This document shows positions 28,721 through 37,991 of a stretch of 64,000 bases of DNA, one piece after another. The translations under genes and the position numbers were made by a program. This DNA comes from a virus (Duplodnaviria; Caudoviricetes), in the IMG/VR virus record IMGVR_UViG_2721755587_000002; one strand, given 5' to 3'. A model generated the notes under the pieces. It made no database searches. It saw only the letters and a program-made list of their open reading frames with translations, and was not told the origin of the DNA. Numbering within the stretch: position 1 is the first letter of the stretch; each line of letters opens with the position of its first letter.

Positions 28721-28924
28721 TCAATCTTCAAAATCGCCGCCGGCGCGGCGCTTCATATCCACCGGCCGCCGCGCTGCGCGCTGACGGTCCCGGACCGCCA
28801 TGGCGCCAGCCGCTGCAGCCAGCGCCCGGCGCACCAGGTCGGACATCGCTTCGAACGGGGTGGCGATGCGCATGGCACGGTGCGCGCGGCGCAGATCGGC
28901 TTCGGTGAGCTCGGGCTTAGCCAT
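28721..28924 (-). CDS. Hypothetical early protein
   Basis: Ends DMKRRAGGD, a common phage motif. Confidence 0.6.
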   Translation of the reverse strand: MAKPELTEADLRRAHRAMRIATPFEAMSDLVRRALAAAAGAMAVRDRQRAARRPVDMKRRAGGDFED

Positions 28925-29159
28925 CGTGATCTCCAGGCCGGAGGAAGCCGTTCCAGACGCCTCGGCCATAGCAGAGCGTGAAGAACAGGCTCGCCGCGAA
29001 CATGCCGGCCTCGCCGGTGGCGTGGGTCAGGTACAGCCAGGCCGGCTGGCCGAGCAGGCCGGCAAGGGCCGCCCAGCGTGCCCGCGAAGGGCCTGCGTTG
29101 AACAGGAACACGGATACCAACGCCGTGGCGACCATCCACAGGTTGAGCACGGCGAGCAT
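28917..29159 (-). CDS. Small membrane protein
   Basis: GLLGQPAW motif, 3 TM. Confidence 0.6.
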   Translation of the reverse strand: MLAVLNLWMVATALVSVFLFNAGPSRARWAALAGLLGQPAWLYLTHATGEAGMFAASLFFTLCYGRGVWNGFLRPGDHDG

Positions 29160-29317
29160 CAGGCAGCCCTCCCGATCGCGCGGGCGCGGCAGAAGCGGGG
29201 CGGCTCGGTTAGGTGCTCGAGCGTATTCAATTGCGCGTCAAGCCGAGTATGCGCAATCGCGGTGAACTGCAGGCGTACGCCGGCGTGCGAGATGACTAAG
29301 ACCAAGAAGGCACTCAT
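29159..29317 (-). CDS. Hypothetical 52-aa protein
   Basis: MSAFLVLVISHAG...; coupled at both ends. Confidence 0.5.
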   Translation of the reverse strand: MSAFLVLVISHAGVRLQFTAIAHTRLDAQLNTLEHLTEPPRFCRARAIGRAA

Positions 29318-29568
29318 GCCAGCGCTCCTTCCATTGCCGACACAGGCGGAATAAGAACAGGTGGGCCGGCCTCTAGGCAGCCACAGCCTTCAGTGAGATG
29401 GATCACCAGTTCGAAGCGACTACCGTCATGAAGCGTGGCCTCAAGGCGTTGCGTTGCGATGAGGTAGTCAGATCTACCATCCGCGGGGGAGTACCTGTGG
29501 AACTGAACCGCCGTCAAGTCCACATGGACGGCGCGGCAAAGAACGGTGCTGATTGCGCTCATACTCAA
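29314..29568 (-). CDS. Hypothetical early protein
   Basis: ATGA coupling at both ends. Confidence 0.55.
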   Translation of the reverse strand: MSMSAISTVLCRAVHVDLTAVQFHRYSPADGRSDYLIATQRLEATLHDGSRFELVIHLTEGCGCLEAGPPVLIPPVSAMEGALA

Positions 29569-32270
29569 ACTCCCTTAAATGCCGACCGCTCTCCCTCAAA
29601 CACCCAGCACTTCACAGTGGCTGGCCGCTTCGGAGACATCGGATACTCGGCGTTGTGGTGCGCGTTGATAGCGCTGTTGACCACCCGCAGGTCGACAAAC
29701 TTGCGATGCCGCGATGTCTTGAGCACGCGCTTCAAGTCGGCAAGCGGGGGGATGTTGAGGCGGCGGTCGTTCGCCACCTGTTCGAAGTGCCGAAGGCTGA
29801 TGGCGATCAGGCCATCGCCGCGGGCATGGTTCAGTACCGGGCGGTCGTCTTCGGCGGATTCGACGTGGTCGTAGACCTCCCAGAATTCCGCCACCAGCGG
29901 GTGGTCGGCGCCGATGGCCTGCTGGCGCTCCACCGTCATGGTGGTGAGCTGGCGCAGCGCGGCGTCGCGGTATTCCTTGGGCAGGGGCAGCACATGCCCA
30001 AGGCAGTCCACCAGCGCCATGATCTGCGCGTGGTTCTTGATCAGGCGCGGGTGCTTGATGTCCGGATGCTTCGCCAGGTGCGCCTGGTACACCGGCTCGC
30101 GCGCCAGGAAGTCCTTCATGATCTCCTGTTCCTTCATCGCGGCGGCCAGCAGGAAGCCAGACGCCTCTTCCACGGCGACATGCTCGATGGCCTTGGCGGC
30201 GGTGAGGCTGTCGTGGCTCTGCCCTGAGCGGTCGAAGTACAGGTGAACGATCCGCTGCAGCACCGCCTCGCTGGCACTCACGTCCGCGTTCTGGCTGATG
30301 ACCACGGCGCCACGGAAGGGCGGCTCGTAGGTTTCGTTGCCGCCATTCTTCACGCCGCGCGCGCGCACGCTGCGGCCGTTGTAGGCTGTTTTGAGCTCGT
30401 CCCAGTCGAACCCGCGCGCCTTAGCGCCATCGTCGCCACGGTCGCCCTCGATCAGCACCACTGGCAGATTGGATACCTGGGCGAAGTTGCGCGCCCGCGC
30501 CGCCAGCGATGACTTCGATGGATCGAAGCCCTCGTAGTCGCGCCGGCCGCAGAGCTTCCACAGGAACTCGATCAGCGTCGTCTTGCCCGCACCCGGCTCG
30601 CCAACGATCTCCAGGAAGGGGAAGCTCTTGTGCGCGCCACGGATCTGCTCGGCAAACAGGCTGCCCAGCCAGAACGCCAGCGCCACGATGGCCTTTGGCC
30701 CGAACGCGCCCCATAGCAGCTGCAGCCAGTCTTGTTTGAAGTCCTTGAGGACCGTGTTCAACGACAGCCCAGCCGAGGTGCTGATCGTCTTGATCGACAG
30801 CCGGCCCACGTCGAAGAAGTCCTCGTCGTTCAGCGTATGCAGCTTCCCGTCTTTGATGGCCACTTCGGGAAACACATAGCAGCCGTGCTCCTTGCTGTAC
30901 CCCACATAGTCGATGGTCTGCACGCTCCTGATGCGCTGCATCTGCGCCTTCAGGTACTCGTCCAGCTGCCCGTTGGAACCCGTGTAGAACGCACCAGGTG
31001 CAACGGCCAGCAGCCGCTTCTTGAACTCGCCGGCGGAGGCGATCTGGGCGCTGGTGAAGGTGTTCTTGACCGGCGCCCCGTCGTGCGGAAACGCCACGCG
31101 GAAGTAGTACCAGCTCTCGTCCGTCAGCGCGTTGGCCTGGTAGTACAAGGCGGTGGGCAAACACGTGGCGATGTTCACGACCACGCCGGCCTTCAGCATG
31201 GCCTGCTCGCGGACCTCGGCCTCCGGCATATCGCCGTGCGTCTCGCGGATGGCGTAGGCCTCGCGGTTCAGCGCCTCGATGTCCAGCTTGAACCAGTAGA
31301 GCCGGTTCTCGAAGTCAAAGGAAAACTGGCTGGCGCTGCCCCGGCCATAGATCAGCCGCGCCTTTTCCGCCGGCGAGTTCGCGGCAAGCAGGGCGCCCAG
31401 GTAGCGGTACTCGTCCAGGTCCTGCTCACGCAGCAGCCCGCGCTGGTGCATGTCGTTCCAGTCCAGCTTCTTGGCGCCGCTGGCCTTCACCTGGGCGGCG
31501 GTGGCCGTCCAGCCTTCCTCCAGGCTGCGCGCGATCCACTGTCTGGCGAATGTGCGGCCCGCCTTGTCACTATCCAATGCCCACACTAGCGTGGGCCGTG
31601 GCCGTTCGAGCGCCGTCAGCTGCTCGATCAATGCCGCCAGCGCCTTCGCCGGGTAGTTGTTGCAGGACATGACTGCCACGGCGGCAATACCATGGTGCAG
31701 CAGCGCGATCGCGTCGAAGATGCCCTCCACGATCCAGATTTCGTCCACCGCCGCCGTGTTCAGCGTAGGCGGCTGCCACCAGGTGCCCGCGTAGCTGCCG
31801 TGGAAATTCGCCTTGCGCTTGCCGAAGCGGTGCGGCTGGTCGATGATCCGCTCCCAGTAGCCGCCGGCGGGCAAGGGGAAGCGCACGGTGGCGCTGCCGA
31901 TCTGCAGCTCGTGGTTGAAGTAGCTCTCCAGCGTGTACCAGTCGCGCACCTGGTCCAGGTCGAAGCCGCGGCCGTCGCGCATGTAGGCATCTGCCGTGGC
32001 CTTCGGGCTGTCCGGCGTGGGCTTGTGCAGGGAACTCCAGTTGTCGAACAGGTCCGGGTACAGGTCCTTGATATGGAACTCCGCGCCGCAGTGGTTCAGC
32101 CGGTTGCAGCGGATCACCCACGGCGCGTCGCCAAAGGCCCACAGCATCTTCTTGCCGCACGATGGGCAGGCCCCGGCGTCCAGCTTCTCGCCAGTGGGCG
32201 TGCTCTTCTGCTTGAAGCCGTAGTCGCGCAGCAAGCGGCTGGTGACTTCGGTGCGCAGGGATGGGTTCAT
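29565..32270 (-). CDS. Primase-helicase replication protein (Zn finger, TOPRIM, P-loop)
   Basis: CPSC/CNR..HC, VEGIFDA, ALDSD.AG, GEPGAGKT. Confidence 0.9.
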   Translation of the reverse strand: MNPSLRTEVTSRLLRDYGFKQKSTPTGEKLDAGACPSCGKKMLWAFGDAPWVIRCNRLNHCGAEFHIKDLYPDLFDNWSSLHKPTPDSPKATADAYMRDGRGFDLDQVRDWYTLESYFNHELQIGSATVRFPLPAGGYWERIIDQPHRFGKRKANFHGSYAGTWWQPPTLNTAAVDEIWIVEGIFDAIALLHHGIAAVAVMSCNNYPAKALAALIEQLTALERPRPTLVWALDSDKAGRTFARQWIARSLEEGWTATAAQVKASGAKKLDWNDMHQRGLLREQDLDEYRYLGALLAANSPAEKARLIYGRGSASQFSFDFENRLYWFKLDIEALNREAYAIRETHGDMPEAEVREQAMLKAGVVVNIATCLPTALYYQANALTDESWYYFRVAFPHDGAPVKNTFTSAQIASAGEFKKRLLAVAPGAFYTGSNGQLDEYLKAQMQRIRSVQTIDYVGYSKEHGCYVFPEVAIKDGKLHTLNDEDFFDVGRLSIKTISTSAGLSLNTVLKDFKQDWLQLLWGAFGPKAIVALAFWLGSLFAEQIRGAHKSFPFLEIVGEPGAGKTTLIEFLWKLCGRRDYEGFDPSKSSLAARARNFAQVSNLPVVLIEGDRGDDGAKARGFDWDELKTAYNGRSVRARGVKNGGNETYEPPFRGAVVISQNADVSASEAVLQRIVHLYFDRSGQSHDSLTAAKAIEHVAVEEASGFLLAAAMKEQEIMKDFLAREPVYQAHLAKHPDIKHPRLIKNHAQIMALVDCLGHVLPLPKEYRDAALRQLTTMTVERQQAIGADHPLVAEFWEVYDHVESAEDDRPVLNHARGDGLIAISLRHFEQVANDRRLNIPPLADLKRVLKTSRHRKFVDLRVVNSAINAHHNAEYPMSPKRPATVKCWVFEGERSAFKGV

Positions 32271-32290
32271 GATGGATGCCGATGTTTAGG

Positions 32291-32839
32291 TCAGGCGACG
32301 CCATCGAGCCGGTGTTGGCGCGGCAGCAGGGCATCGAGATCCGATACCGGCAAGCCGAGCAGGCGGGAGACGTGGCGCAGGTTGGCGTACAGCTCCACCG
32401 CCACGGCGCGTGTCCTGATGCCGGGCAGTTCCTTCACCAGGGCGCCCCGGTAGCGGAGCGCGGCCAGTTGCTGCGCCACGGTCAAGGCGCCGACCTTGCG
32501 CGGCACCTGCCGGCCCTCCAGGACGTCCAGCACCCAGCGGCGGAAGTCCTTGGCGCGTTCCGTGCGGGCCAGCATGCCTAGGAGGTAGCAACCGCGCGGG
32601 CTGAAGATGCGGACCTGTTGGCGGCCGCCGGCGGTGTCGAGTTCGACCAGTCGGGTCATCTCCGCAGTGAATTCGTCGGCGTTGCGGTCGAACAGGTTCT
32701 GGATATCAGCCGACGGGTTTTTGTAGCCAAGGGCACTTGCAACCTGCAAGCCCCTTAGCCAGGGCACGTTGTGAATATCGACCACGTCGAACTCGATGTT
32801 TTCATAGGCAAGGACGATGGAATCGGCGTGGTTCTGCAT
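32291..32839 (-). CDS. BRO-N domain antirepressor
   Basis: VASALGY, RIFSPRG, AKDFRRWVLDVL. Confidence 0.8.
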   Translation of the reverse strand: MQNHADSIVLAYENIEFDVVDIHNVPWLRGLQVASALGYKNPSADIQNLFDRNADEFTAEMTRLVELDTAGGRQQVRIFSPRGCYLLGMLARTERAKDFRRWVLDVLEGRQVPRKVGALTVAQQLAALRYRGALVKELPGIRTRAVAVELYANLRHVSRLLGLPVSDLDALLPRQHRLDGVA

Positions 32840-32948
32840 GGCGTTCTCCAGGGCAAAGCCGCAAGGGCGGCGGATTTTGGACAAAAGGAGCCCCTCACGC
32901 CCCGAAGGGCATGAAACAGGCAATCAAAGGAAGGAAGAGGCTAGGCCA

Positions 32949-33197
32949 TCAGGTCGTCAGCAATTCGAGCTGGCGCTCGTCGCCGGCCGCAGGCCGTGCG
33001 CGGCCTAGCGGCAGGTATGCCTTCGGATTCGGTCGGATGCTGGGCGCGATGGTGTGCACAGGCGAAAGCAGCATCTTGCAGGTGTAGGCGCACTCCACGT
33101 TCGGGCACTGCACGTATAGCTCGCGGGAGAGCAGTGATACAGGGCGGCTGGTGCGGATATGCATCCGGGTGCCGCAGTGCGGGCAGTCCATTTTCAT
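32949..33197 (-). CDS. ogr: Ogr/Delta zinc-finger late activator
   Basis: CPHC...RTSR...YVQCPNVEC. Confidence 0.9.
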   Translation of the reverse strand: MKMDCPHCGTRMHIRTSRPVSLLSRELYVQCPNVECAYTCKMLLSPVHTIAPSIRPNPKAYLPLGRARPAAGDERQLELLTT

Positions 33198-33304
33198 ATG
33201 CAATCCCGGTGAGGCGGTGGCTTTGATGCATTGGGGCGAGGGACATCCACCAACGTAGAATCGCCAGTTGCAACGCTGTTCAATTCAACATCGGAGGAGC
33301 CCTC

Positions 33305-33805
33305 ATGGAACTTATGACCGCATTCTCGGCACTCAAGCAAGCCGTCGATTTCACCAAGGTCGCCATCGGTCTGCGCGACGACGTCAAGCTCAACGAAGCG
33401 AAGGCTGTCCTGACTGAGCGCTTGGTCGAGATCTCGCACGCAGCCTTCGAGCTCCACTATGCGAATAACACGCTCCTGCAGGAGAAACGCGCAGCGGAAG
33501 ATCTGGTGGAGGAACTCCGCGCCGAACTGCGCAAGATCGAAGAGTTTCAAGCCGATATGACGCGCTATGAACCACATCACACCAGGCTCGGCGGCTTCTG
33601 CTTTCGCGACAAGGCGCAGGGAGGGGCGGCTGATCCGGCGATATACCTTTGCGCCAATTGCATGAACCGACATAAGAAAACGTACCTGCAATTGCAGGAT
33701 GGCGGCCAATCCCTTCATTGCAGCGAGGGTCATGGGAGCATTCCAGGCGTAATACCGCCAAGCAACCCGAAACCATTTATCGAGGTCACGGCGCCGACAG
33801 TCTGA
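33305..33805 (+). CDS. Coiled-coil + zinc-ribbon hypothetical protein, antisense to early operon
   Basis: GGAGGAG RBS; LCANC and CSEGH. Confidence 0.7.
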   Translation: MELMTAFSALKQAVDFTKVAIGLRDDVKLNEAKAVLTERLVEISHAAFELHYANNTLLQEKRAAEDLVEELRAELRKIEEFQADMTRYEPHHTRLGGFCFRDKAQGGAADPAIYLCANCMNRHKKTYLQLQDGGQSLHCSEGHGSIPGVIPPSNPKPFIEVTAPTV

Positions 33806-33879
33806 CCGCGCCGTGCTGATGCAGGCGAGTGTGGCGCTGGCCGTATCCAGCAGTCCGCGCAGTTTGCGAGTGGAGCGGT

Positions 33880-34173
33880 TCATTGGCGTACCTCCCGCGA
33901 CAGCCCGCATTCGCCCATGCCTTGCCGCGCGCATTCGCAGTGCATGCCGACCTCGCCAAGGGTGGCGACCGCGTCCAGGTACTTCCGGGTGACCAGCACA
34001 TAGCCCACCGACGCCACCATGGTGTCCAGCTTGTCGATCACCACGCCCTGGTCGCCGTTGAGGAAACGGCTCACCTGCGAGTTGTCCCAGCCGATGGAGC
34101 GTTGCATGTCCAGGCGACCCGGGCCGCTTAGTGCTGTTCGAAGGGCCTGTTCAATTCGGATGGGTGGCCGCAT
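33880..34173 (-). CDS. CII-like HTH regulator
   Basis: IGWDNSQVSRFLNG HTH. Confidence 0.65.
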   Translation of the reverse strand: MRPPIRIEQALRTALSGPGRLDMQRSIGWDNSQVSRFLNGDQGVVIDKLDTMVASVGYVLVTRKYLDAVATLGEVGMHCECARQGMGECGLSREVRQ

Positions 34174-34176
34174 GGC

Positions 34177-34416
34177 TCAATCTCCCTCAACGGACGTTGT
34201 TTGCTGATGCGCTGGGCCCTGAGTAGCCTTTGAGTTGCCAGCAGCCTGCATGCCCACCAGGATGAAAACCCTAGCCATGTTTGAGAGCGACCGGCCTTCT
34301 TCCAGCGCACGTGCCTCGAATTCACACTGCTCGGCGGGCAGCAAGCGGGTGTAGATCGGTTTGCTAGTCAGCACGCCGCGCGGAGAGCGAGACACAGGAA
34401 CTTTAGCTTTGAGCAT
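34177..34416 (-). CDS. Cro/Cox-position ribbon-helix-helix protein
   Basis: PIYTRL...EGRSLSNMAR; divergent from repressor. Confidence 0.65.
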   Translation of the reverse strand: MLKAKVPVSRSPRGVLTSKPIYTRLLPAEQCEFEARALEEGRSLSNMARVFILVGMQAAGNSKATQGPAHQQTTSVEGD

Positions 34417-34458
34417 GGCGGATATACTTGTGTAAGTTAGCGTTGCACAACAAATTAT

Positions 34459-34476
34459 ATGCACCGAACGGTGCAT
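34459..34476. promoter_or_regulatory. Palindromic operator in immunity switch
   Basis: ATGCACCG-AA-CGGTGCAT perfect IR between divergent regulators. Confidence 0.7.
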
Positions 34477-34490
34477 TTGACAACATCAAA

Positions 34491-34913
34491 ATGAACCAAT
34501 CGGTGACTATCGGGGGCCGGCTGGCCGAGGAGCGGAAGCGCAAAGGCTTGAATCAGGCCGCTTTCGCGGCCATTGGCGGGGTCTCAGTCAAGACTCAGGT
34601 TCTCTACGAGAAGGCCGAGCGTGTCCCGGACGCAAACTATCTGGCGGCAATAGCTGGGGCGGGCGTTGACGTTCTTTATGTTCTAACTGGCGCGAGCAGC
34701 TCGGCTGCTCTAGCGGCTGAGGAAGCGGCCGTCTTGGCGGGCTATCGTCTGCTCGATGCGCGCGGCCGAGCCGGCGTGCTCGCATTGATCGGTGGCATGC
34801 AGCCAGACAATGGAAACGCCATCGTCCGCGTGAAAGGCAACGTTGGCCAGTACGTCGAGGGCAACGTCACCGCGCCATTTACCATCGACATGAGTAAGAA
34901 GAAGCAACCCTGA
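34491..34913 (+). CDS. Prophage repressor (XRE HTH, no S24 peptidase domain)
   Basis: IGGRLAEER..GLNQ..FA..GGVS..TQ..YE...RVPD.NYL. Confidence 0.88.
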   Translation: MNQSVTIGGRLAEERKRKGLNQAAFAAIGGVSVKTQVLYEKAERVPDANYLAAIAGAGVDVLYVLTGASSSAALAAEEAAVLAGYRLLDARGRAGVLALIGGMQPDNGNAIVRVKGNVGQYVEGNVTAPFTIDMSKKKQP

Positions 34914-34930
34914 GTCATCGGGATGAACGA

Positions 34931-34960
34931 AAAACGGGCCTGCTAAATGCAGGCCCGTTT
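34931..34960. terminator. Strong hairpin after repressor
   Basis: AAACGGGCCTGC-TAAAT-GCAGGCCCGTTT. Confidence 0.7.
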
Positions 34961-35212
34961 CCGTTTGGGACCGCGCAATTAAGTGCCGCGCATATCTGAT
35001 TACAAATGATCGAAATCAGATCCAGACTTGTCCTAGAGCGTTTTGACTCTTTTTAGGATAGGTTGGGTGGGCCATGCTCCCTGTGGCGTTTCGCATGCGG
35101 TTGCTTGGAATTCCACGGGCAGCTCAGTGACGTGACTTTGCCGGTCACGGTAATCCAACACTTAAATTTATGCTGAACAAAGTACACACACCTGCCAGTC
35201 TCGCTCGCGAAC

Positions 35213-35947
35213 ATGTCGTCCTCTAAACCGTCGGTGAATATGAAGAATGGTGGTGTAGCCGTAGATGGCGACGTGGGGCAAGTGGTCGCCGGCAACGTGG
35301 TCCACGAAGGCGCCAATGCCAATAGCCACATGAGCAACGTCATCACGATTAGCACCGGCGAGCCATTGCCCCCGGTCAGGACGATTACGGAGTTGCAGCG
35401 CAAGCGCATCGCGGCCAAGGTGAAAGAGGTCATGCAGGTCGCAGGTGTCGAGCGTCAGCTTGATGTCTACTCGGTCGTTCTGAGCGATTTCGGTGTTGAG
35501 AAGATTCTCGACTTGCCTTGTGGCCAGTTCAAGAGCGTGATGTCGATGCTCGACAACTGGATCGTGGAAGCGAGAGGTGAGCCGCCTGGCTCTCTCTGCA
35601 GGCAGTCCGACGTCACAACGCCCGCGCATTCGGAGTGCACCGGTTGTGCAGCACTATCTGCTCGCCTTGACGGTACCCGCCAGACGCTTCGCTTCCTTAA
35701 AGGCACTGCCATAGTAGCGATGGGCTTAGCCGCCTATAGCCTATATGCCAACGCCACGTGGCCCGCAGCGGATGCAACGAACCCCTCGACTTCACTTTCA
35801 TGCCGCCACGATGGAAAAGAACACTCCATCGGCAGCATGGTACGCATGCCAGACAACAGCATCTATGAATGTGCTGCTCTAGCTACCAGCGGTGACATGG
35901 CGAGCTGGGTACCTGCCCGAGGCGTAGGCGGCAAGCGTCGCCTGTAG
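35213..35947 (+). CDS. Membrane protein: G[ND]VGQ motif + ORF6C-like domain + CxxC + TM + small periplasmic (DUF1496-like) domain
   Basis: ITELQRKRI...DFGV..I.DLP..QF...ML.NW; TM AIVAMGLAAYSLYA; C.HDGK.HS.G...YEC...W. Confidence 0.65.
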   Translation: MSSSKPSVNMKNGGVAVDGDVGQVVAGNVVHEGANANSHMSNVITISTGEPLPPVRTITELQRKRIAAKVKEVMQVAGVERQLDVYSVVLSDFGVEKILDLPCGQFKSVMSMLDNWIVEARGEPPGSLCRQSDVTTPAHSECTGCAALSARLDGTRQTLRFLKGTAIVAMGLAAYSLYANATWPAADATNPSTSLSCRHDGKEHSIGSMVRMPDNSIYECAALATSGDMASWVPARGVGGKRRL

Positions 35948-36051
35948 TAGTACCTGGCATTGCCAGTCGTCTACAACCTGAACGCGCACGCGCATCGGTG
36001 CCAACGAGCAACCTTGCTGCGCTGCCGTACCGAGACAAATTTTGGGATTCA

Positions 36052-36507
36052 ATGAAAATGATTGCACGGCTCGTCGCCCTGTGGAGGTCTCTCGTTCATG
36101 CAGCTACCCGGATCGAGGGAGATGTGCGCAATCGAACTCCCGGCAACTCGACAAGCCGCGTTCAGGCTGAGATTGAGTCTTTGCGCAAGCTCGCTTCTAA
36201 CGCGGCAAAGCCGACATACGCTGTCACCGATACGCAGTCTTCCGATTTCGAATCCATCCAAGTGGACATGGCCGCCGTGTCAGACGAGGTGAGGTTCGTA
36301 TATCGGGATCGACAGGGCGCGAAGTCAGCGCGGCATGTGAGTGTACAAAAGGCGGATGACGAGTACTTCGAGGGCTTCTGCCATCTTCGAAGGGACGTGC
36401 GAACCTTCCTCTTCGATAGCATTGTTGGCAAGGTCACCAGAATGAGCACCGGAGAACTGCTGACGGCAGGCAAGTGGCGCGATGAATTGCTTCGGGACGC
36501 CGACTGA
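36052..36507 (+). CDS. Stand-alone WYL-domain protein
   Basis: FVYRD..G..S.R.V...YFEGFCHLRRDVRTF.FD.I. Confidence 0.75.
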   Translation: MKMIARLVALWRSLVHAATRIEGDVRNRTPGNSTSRVQAEIESLRKLASNAAKPTYAVTDTQSSDFESIQVDMAAVSDEVRFVYRDRQGAKSARHVSVQKADDEYFEGFCHLRRDVRTFLFDSIVGKVTRMSTGELLTAGKWRDELLRDAD

Positions 36508-36572
36508 GGCGGGGATCGCTAGTCCATACCCCGCGCAGGTATGCAACTGCGCGGGAGTCCCTCACAAGTAGC

Positions 36573-36800
36573 TCACGCCGCCGAGGGCTCCACCTCGGCC
36601 AGACGATCGTTGGCCGCTTCATGGTAGGCCGGCTGCAGTTCGCACCCGACCACTGATGCCCGGCCTCCTTTGCGGCGACCAAGAAACTGCCCGAGCCGGC
36701 GAATGGATCGCAGACTACGCTCCCGGGCGGTACAAGGCGGACCACCTGCTGTGCCAGACCCATGGGTTTTTCCGTCATGTGCCGCTTCGGGAATGGCAAA
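36573..36800 (-). pseudogene. Truncated, frameshifted N4/N6 DNA methyltransferase
   Basis: H.TEKP, DPFAGSGS; 1-nt loss near 36651 before GCEL; N-terminal part absent. Confidence 0.8.
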
Positions 36801-37052
36801 CGTTCTGCGAATACGCCCAGCAGGATTCGACTATTGAGGACTCAATGTCGAATGACCGCTTCTGGCCGGCAAGCGATCTCCACCAGTCGTGAGCCGATCG
36901 GCACTTTCCAATCCTTCTCGGCGGTTCGTTGGCTATGGGGGAATGACCGCATCCGACCCGTTGTTGTCGATTTGCTTTCGGACATCGACGATGTGCGCTC
37001 CCTGCGCAGAGCACACGACGATGCTCAGTAAGAAAGTAGGTTTTTGCCTCCA

Positions 37053-37859
37053 CTATTGCTGGACTGTCTCGCTAGGCAAGGATTCAGCGACGGAACCGGC
37101 TCCGCTCCATCCCAGGTGGCTCAGACTCACCGTGTAATGACCACCTTCCCCTTTTCTGAGAGCCAAAAGGTCGTACGTCTTCAACATGTCTAATAAGCCG
37201 GAATGACCGTAGCTTGTTGTTGAAAAACCAGGGTCTGTGCGTTTCAGGTATTGTCCTAGTGCGCTTAAAGCAACTTGGCCTTCGGATGTGCTACTCGCGA
37301 GCAACGCCACCGCGTCCATAATGAACCTCGGGCGCCGCTTGATTACTGGCTGCTGCTTTGGCTGCTCCGTTCTCAGTTGGGTTGGCTTGCCATTGGAAGG
37401 CTCAGCGCTTGCGGTGGATACTGATGACCATTCAAAGAATTGGTCGCTCGCATTGCGTAGCGCTTCTGGCGTCTTTGACTCGCCGACGATGCAGACCGTC
37501 GCCCCGCGCTCTCGAAGCTTCCGGCATAGATAGGCAAAATCGGAATCACTGGTAACAAGGCAGAACTTGTCAGCACGATGATCAAACATCGCTTCGAGAG
37601 CATCCAGCGCCAGCGCAATGTCGGCTGTATTTTTGCCGGCAGCGTATTGATATTGAAGGCATGGTGTGAAAGCTTGACGAACCAGTGCCTCCTGCCACGT
37701 CTTTGCGAGCGTGCTGTGGTTGCCATAGCCGCGACGAAGAACAACACGGCCAAACTGAGCTACGACTCGTAGTGCGTATTCCAGAATCTCCGGACTAGTG
37801 TTGTCGCAGTCAACCAGTACGGCAACGCGAGACTCAGCGGAAATTAGTGGTGCGCTCAT
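37053..37859 (-). CDS. NYN-domain RNase with OST-HTH/LOTUS domain
   Basis: VDCDN, K..ADIAL, TSDSDF; PGF...YG..L..L. Confidence 0.88.
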   Translation of the reverse strand: MSAPLISAESRVAVLVDCDNTSPEILEYALRVVAQFGRVVLRRGYGNHSTLAKTWQEALVRQAFTPCLQYQYAAGKNTADIALALDALEAMFDHRADKFCLVTSDSDFAYLCRKLRERGATVCIVGESKTPEALRNASDQFFEWSSVSTASAEPSNGKPTQLRTEQPKQQPVIKRRPRFIMDAVALLASSTSEGQVALSALGQYLKRTDPGFSTTSYGHSGLLDMLKTYDLLALRKGEGGHYTVSLSHLGWSGAGSVAESLPSETVQQ

Positions 37860-37991
37860 CTATCGGTTCATCCGTTGACATAGTTCGCACATGATAACGG
37901 CAAATGGTAGTCTGCTATTAGACGTACTGAGGATACTGACTCTGTCTCATGAAGCCGAGTAGAGATGCAGAGGCAACATCTCAAACTGACT

